20,000 bases of DNA. Origin: Emiliania huxleyi CCMP1516. Lineage: Eukaryota. The notes beneath the pieces were generated by a model. It had not been told where the DNA came from and did no database searches. It saw only the letters and a program-made list of their open reading frames with translations. Location of the stretch: positions 842,105 through 862,104 of the forward strand of contig NW_005201392.1 in assembly GCF_000372725.1 (NCBI RefSeq), read 5' to 3'. Below are positions 18,510 to 20,000 of the stretch, piece by piece. Both the position numbers and the translations under genes were made by a program. Every line of letters begins with the position of its first letter. Positions within the stretch are counted from its first letter, which is position 1.

Positions 18510-19647
18510 GAAAGAAAGAAAGAAAACAGACAACCCAAGGGAGGGATGAGGACGGCACGCCGCCACCACACAGGGATTTTAAGGAGAGGGGTGTGATGCG
18601 CTAGCCGTCGCCCACCCTTGGGCGTCCGCCTCTTCCTATCTCTCTTCGCAGTCTCTCGCAGATTCTCGCTGCGACCTTCATGCCACCTCGCGGTCGCCCC
18701 CTTCTCGTCGTTCTTTCCCTTGTCTCTTCTTCTTCTGTCGCGTCGCTCTCCTCTGCTTCGTTCTGCGGCGCCGCCGCCTCCTGCTGGTCCCTTGCTCTCG
18801 CGGCTTCTTGCGCCTTTCGGCGCACACTCGGCGGCACCAACATGCGGCACCAACATGCGGCGGATGGATACAAGTCGATGACAATGTGCGCGGCAGGACA
18901 AACCAACAGCATGAGACACGGTTCCACAAGGACGGTCAGGCTACGGTCAGGAAGTAGGTTTGAGTTCACACTCTCCAACAAGTTTGTACGGAGGCGCAGC
19001 TTTGGAACCTTCAGCAACCGCGAAGCTTCCCAACGGTGGAGCACGGAAGCGTGCTGCGGATGTACGATGTGCTCGACCTCTTTATCAGTGCGACAAACAA
19101 ACAACGCCATTCGCTCTCACCTGGCAACCCTGTCTGCACGTCTCGCGCGCGCGTGAACAGGGCTCCAGGCCCCAAATGACGTGTGAGTGTTAGAGTTGTT
19201 TGGTATTGCTAAAAATCTCTCTCTCTCTCAGTGCGCAGCAGAACAGCAGTGCAATCTGGCACCCTGTTGAAATGGCAAAACGGTGATTGGCATCGATGCC
19301 GGGGGCACTGATGGCATGCTTGTCAGCACCGGCGCAATGGTGGACGAGCCGACGCTCGAGGTTGCAGGCTTTGAGCGGCCCATCCCCATCCGGCCAGGCG
19401 CGAGGCGGGGGGAGTGGTTTCTTCTGGCCCTTCCCCTCGTGGACTATGGTGCTCGCAGCAAACCTTGCCCAGCAGCACACACCACGCCGCACAGAAGGAG
19501 CGGCGGGGGAGGGGCGCCGTCCTGCGGGGCGCTGGCCGTGCCGCTGGCGGCTTGCGTACCCTTGTCGGATGCCTCACCCCGCTCCCCGCTCGCGCCTCGG
19601 CCACTCCTGCGGCCACTCCGCTGAAACCGCAGCCGCCCTCCCGGCAG

Positions 19648-19926
19648 GCGGGCGAGGCGAAGGCCAAGAAGGCCGCAAAGGCGCTCGCCACGGGCACCAA
19701 GTCCAAGAGGTCCAAGAAGATCCGCAAGTCCACCAAGTTCCACCGGCCAAAGACGCTGGTGCTGCAGCGTGAGCCCAAGTACTCTCGCCGCTCGGTGCCG
19801 CGGGTCAACAAGCTGGACCAGTACCAGATCCTGAAATACCCGCTGACGACCGAGTCGGCGATGAAGAAGATCGAGGACAACAACACCCTCGTCTTCATCG
19901 TGGACACCCGCGCGAGCAAGAGCAAG
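19648..19926 (+). CDS. RPL23A: 60S ribosomal protein L23a (uL23), internal exon; gene continues past the window, start exon not resolved (candidate ATG 19446)
   Basis: [93 protein letters not shown] acceptor ends at 19647 and a GC donor starts at 19927. Confidence 0.97.
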
Positions 19927-20000
19927 GCGCGGCCGCCCCACGCGAGAGCTGCGGCCCCACTCCCTCCACCCCTTTCACCTTCTCCGCCGTTCCCAAGCGA

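Noticed and set aside
18601..19110. 169-aa minus-strand ORF
   Set aside because: No recognisable domain and a low-complexity C-terminus; cannot be supported without transcripts.
19283..19624. IGIDAGGT as an actin-like ATPase/sugar-kinase phosphate-1 motif
   Set aside because: There is an in-frame stop just upstream, no further motifs follow, and the ORF overlaps the probable RPL23A 5' region.
19323..19941. Minus-strand ORFs of 165-200 aa
   Set aside because: They are antisense shadows of the RPL23A exon in high-GC DNA.

Overview
High-GC eukaryotic draft-assembly scaffold with three 100-N gaps (6127-6226, 7291-7390, 16077-16176). Frequent GC-AG introns, homopolymer and microsatellite tracts and the gene content suggest a haptophyte alga such as Emiliania/Gephyrocapsa huxleyi (inference). 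Supported genes: the 3' part of an intron-rich HSL-family alpha/beta hydrolase (+, to 1530), a multi-exon NCS2/NAT xanthine-uracil permease (+, 6894-10295), an intronless violaxanthin de-epoxidase-family lipocalin (+, 11592-12473), a single-pass membrane ankyrin-repeat protein (-, 12708-16076, 5' end in the gap) and an exon of 60S ribosomal protein L23a (+, 19648-19926). Two segments are duplicated across gaps and look like alternative haplotypes that diverge into repetitive DNA. The most striking observation is in the hydrolase: four 64-74 nt GC-AG introns share one design, a ~31-35 nt copy of the start of the next exon followed by 2-3 units of a GAACCTTCTAG-like 11-mer. They range from a perfect copy to degenerate ones, suggesting a recurrent intron-generating mechanism. 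The 16760-18509 region holds an array of G-run/C-run hairpin units, a ~1 kb foldback and a dispersed repeat. Exon boundaries were inferred by manual translation, not from transcripts.
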